Shown here: one piece after another, positions 62,719-64,000 of the stretch | How positions within the stretch are numbered: the first letter of the stretch is position 1 | Layout of the letters: every line of letters begins with the position of its first letter | From: Mogibacterium sp. | Lineage (GTDB): Bacteria > Bacillota > Clostridia > Peptostreptococcales > Anaerovoracaceae | Assembly (NCBI GenBank): GCA_017433975.1 | Contig: JAFRGD010000024.1 | Coordinates: 5,595-69,594, forward strand | Direction of reading: 5' to 3' | DNA length: 64,000 nucleotides | The notes under the pieces: model-generated | Seen by the model: the letters and a program-made list of their open reading frames with translations, nothing else | The model's database searches: none | Told to the model about the DNA's origin: nothing | Made by a program: the position numbers and the translations under genes

Positions 62719-63633
62719 ATGAACCAGTTTTTAGACATCAAACCAGAAGTCAAGGCAGCGCTCGACGCCGGCAAGCCGGTCGTCGCGCTCGAGTCCACGA
62801 TCATCTCGCACGGCATGCCGTACCCGCAGAACGTCGAGACCGCGCTCGCGGTTGAAGAAATTGTCCGTCAGAACGGAGCGGTTCCGGCGACCATTGCGAT
62901 CATCGGCGGCCGCCTCAAGGCCGGCCTCACGCCGGAGGAAATCGAATACTTCGGTAAGAAAGGGCCGGAAATCGCCAAGGCGTCCCGAAGAGACTTCGCG
63001 ATGCTCTGCGCGCGCGGCGAGGACGGCGCCTGCACCGTCACTACGACCATGATGATCGCGCACATGGCGGGGATCCAGGTCTTCGCGACCGGCGGCATCG
63101 GCGGCGTACACCGCGGCGCCGAGACCACGATGGACATCAGCGCGGACCTCGAAGAGCTCGCCCAGACGCCGGTCATGGTCGTCTGCGCCGGCTGCAAGTC
63201 CATCCTCGACATCGGCCTCACGCTTGAATACCTCGAGACGCACGGCGTCCCGGTCATCGGCATGGGGACGGAAGACATGCCGGCCTTCTACACGACGAAG
63301 AGCGGCTTCAAGGTCGACTACCGCGTCGACACCCCGGCGGAGCTCGCAAAATTTTTCGCCACCCACCTCGCCCTCGGCATGCGGGGTGGCATCCTCGTCG
63401 GCAACCCGATTCCGGAGCAGTACTCCATGGACCCGGCCGTCATCAACCCGGCCATCGACGCCGCGATCGCGGAAGCCAACGCGCTTGGCATCAAGGGCAA
63501 GGCCACCACGCCGTTCCTGCTCGCCAAGGTGAAAGACCTCACCGGCGGCGACAGCCTGGACTCCAACATCCAGCTCGTCTTCAACAACGCCGCCGTCGCC
63601 GCAAAGACCGCGGCGGAACTCTGCGCGCTCTGA
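62719..63633 (+). CDS. psuG: Pseudouridine-5'-phosphate glycosidase
   Basis: The start is codon 96 of ORF 62434..63633 (MNQFLDIKPEVKAAL), with an AGAGGAAA-type RBS. VALESTIISHGMPYPQN is the family signature. Confidence 0.92.
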   Translation: MNQFLDIKPEVKAALDAGKPVVALESTIISHGMPYPQNVETALAVEEIVRQNGAVPATIAIIGGRLKAGLTPEEIEYFGKKGPEIAKASRRDFAMLCARGEDGACTVTTTMMIAHMAGIQVFATGGIGGVHRGAETTMDISADLEELAQTPVMVVCAGCKSILDIGLTLEYLETHGVPVIGMGTEDMPAFYTTKSGFKVDYRVDTPAELAKFFATHLALGMRGGILVGNPIPEQYSMDPAVINPAIDAAIAEANALGIKGKATTPFLLAKVKDLTGGDSLDSNIQLVFNNAAVAAKTAAELCAL

Positions 63634-63676
63634 TCCCGCTGGCCAGCATACCCTACTACATGGATACGAAAACCAA

Positions 63677-63711
63677 GACCCCGCTCCTCATGAGCGGGGT
63701 CTGTTGTGTTT
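63677..63711. terminator. Terminator between convergent psuG and a PfkB kinase gene
   Basis: 10-bp stem gaccccgctc/gagcggggtc with a 5-nt loop. TGTTGTGTTT follows on the plus strand and UUGGUUUUCG on the minus strand. Confidence 0.8.
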
Positions 63712-63748
63712 CGCGATTTATTGTCAATACGTCAAATAAATAAGTTTG

Positions 63749-64000
63749 TTATTTCACCACGTCGAGGCCGAACTCCGCCGGCAGGAACCGCGGGCAGACG
63801 TTCTCGTCCGTCGCGATGACCGAAGCGGCGAGCCGCGTTCCGATGGCGCAGGCCTCCCCCAACGTCTTACCGTAGGTCAGGCCGATTGCGACGCCGGCGA
63901 AGAACGCGTCGCCCGCGCCCGTGGTGTCCCGGACGTCGACTTTCTTTGCCGGGCAGTAGCCGTGCTCGATGCCCGGCCGCGCGTACACCGCGCCGTCGCC
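63749..64000 (-). CDS. PfkB-family carbohydrate/nucleoside kinase, C-terminal part (5' end beyond the window)
   Basis: The frame is open to the window end. The C-terminus DTTGAGDAFFAGVAIGL is the PfkB signature 2. Confidence 0.8.
   Translation of the reverse strand, partial: GDGAVYARPGIEHGYCPAKKVDVRDTTGAGDAFFAGVAIGLTYGKTLGEACAIGTRLAASVIATDENVCPRFLPAEFGLDVVK

Overview
High-GC (roughly 60%) Firmicutes/Clostridia-like chromosomal segment. It is densely coding: about 54 protein genes and 3 tRNAs. About 50 genes lie on the minus strand; only malQ and tdk-psuK-psuG are on the plus strand. Most content is core housekeeping and carbon/nitrogen metabolism: split transketolase, phosphoglucomutase, MalQ, GdhA, malic enzyme, IorAB, LigA, PcrA, HflX and NudC. 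Transporters include a GPH symporter with a GH2 hydrolase, an amino-acid ABC system, an APC permease, a MacB/FtsX-type ABC system and a BMP-family nucleoside ABC system. I found no transposase, integrase, prophage, CRISPR array or recognisable defence system. The best candidate for an undescribed system is a translationally coupled five-gene operon at about 28.4-35.2 kb. It encodes an XpaC-like membrane protein, a TerB-like/AAA+ ATPase, a Lys/Ala-rich basic protein, a HAD phosphatase and an AddA-type helicase-nuclease with no AddB gene nearby. Other points worth a second look: a DUF2130 gene interrupted by one in-frame TAG; an FtsX/MacB-type permease with a ~300-residue coiled-coil insertion; an acyl-CoA-ligase plus E2/CAT-fold acyltransferase pair whose catalytic His is replaced by Glu; a LigB-like/AMMECR1 fusion next to AmrS; a nucleoside/pseudouridine salvage cluster; repeated operator-like motifs upstream of the APC permease; and a GC-rich island in the bmp/tdk divergent intergenic region. 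Family assignments come from reading the translated ORFs and recalling conserved motifs; no database search was run. Coordinates of small non-coding features are anchored to ORF-track boundaries but may be off by 1-2 nt.
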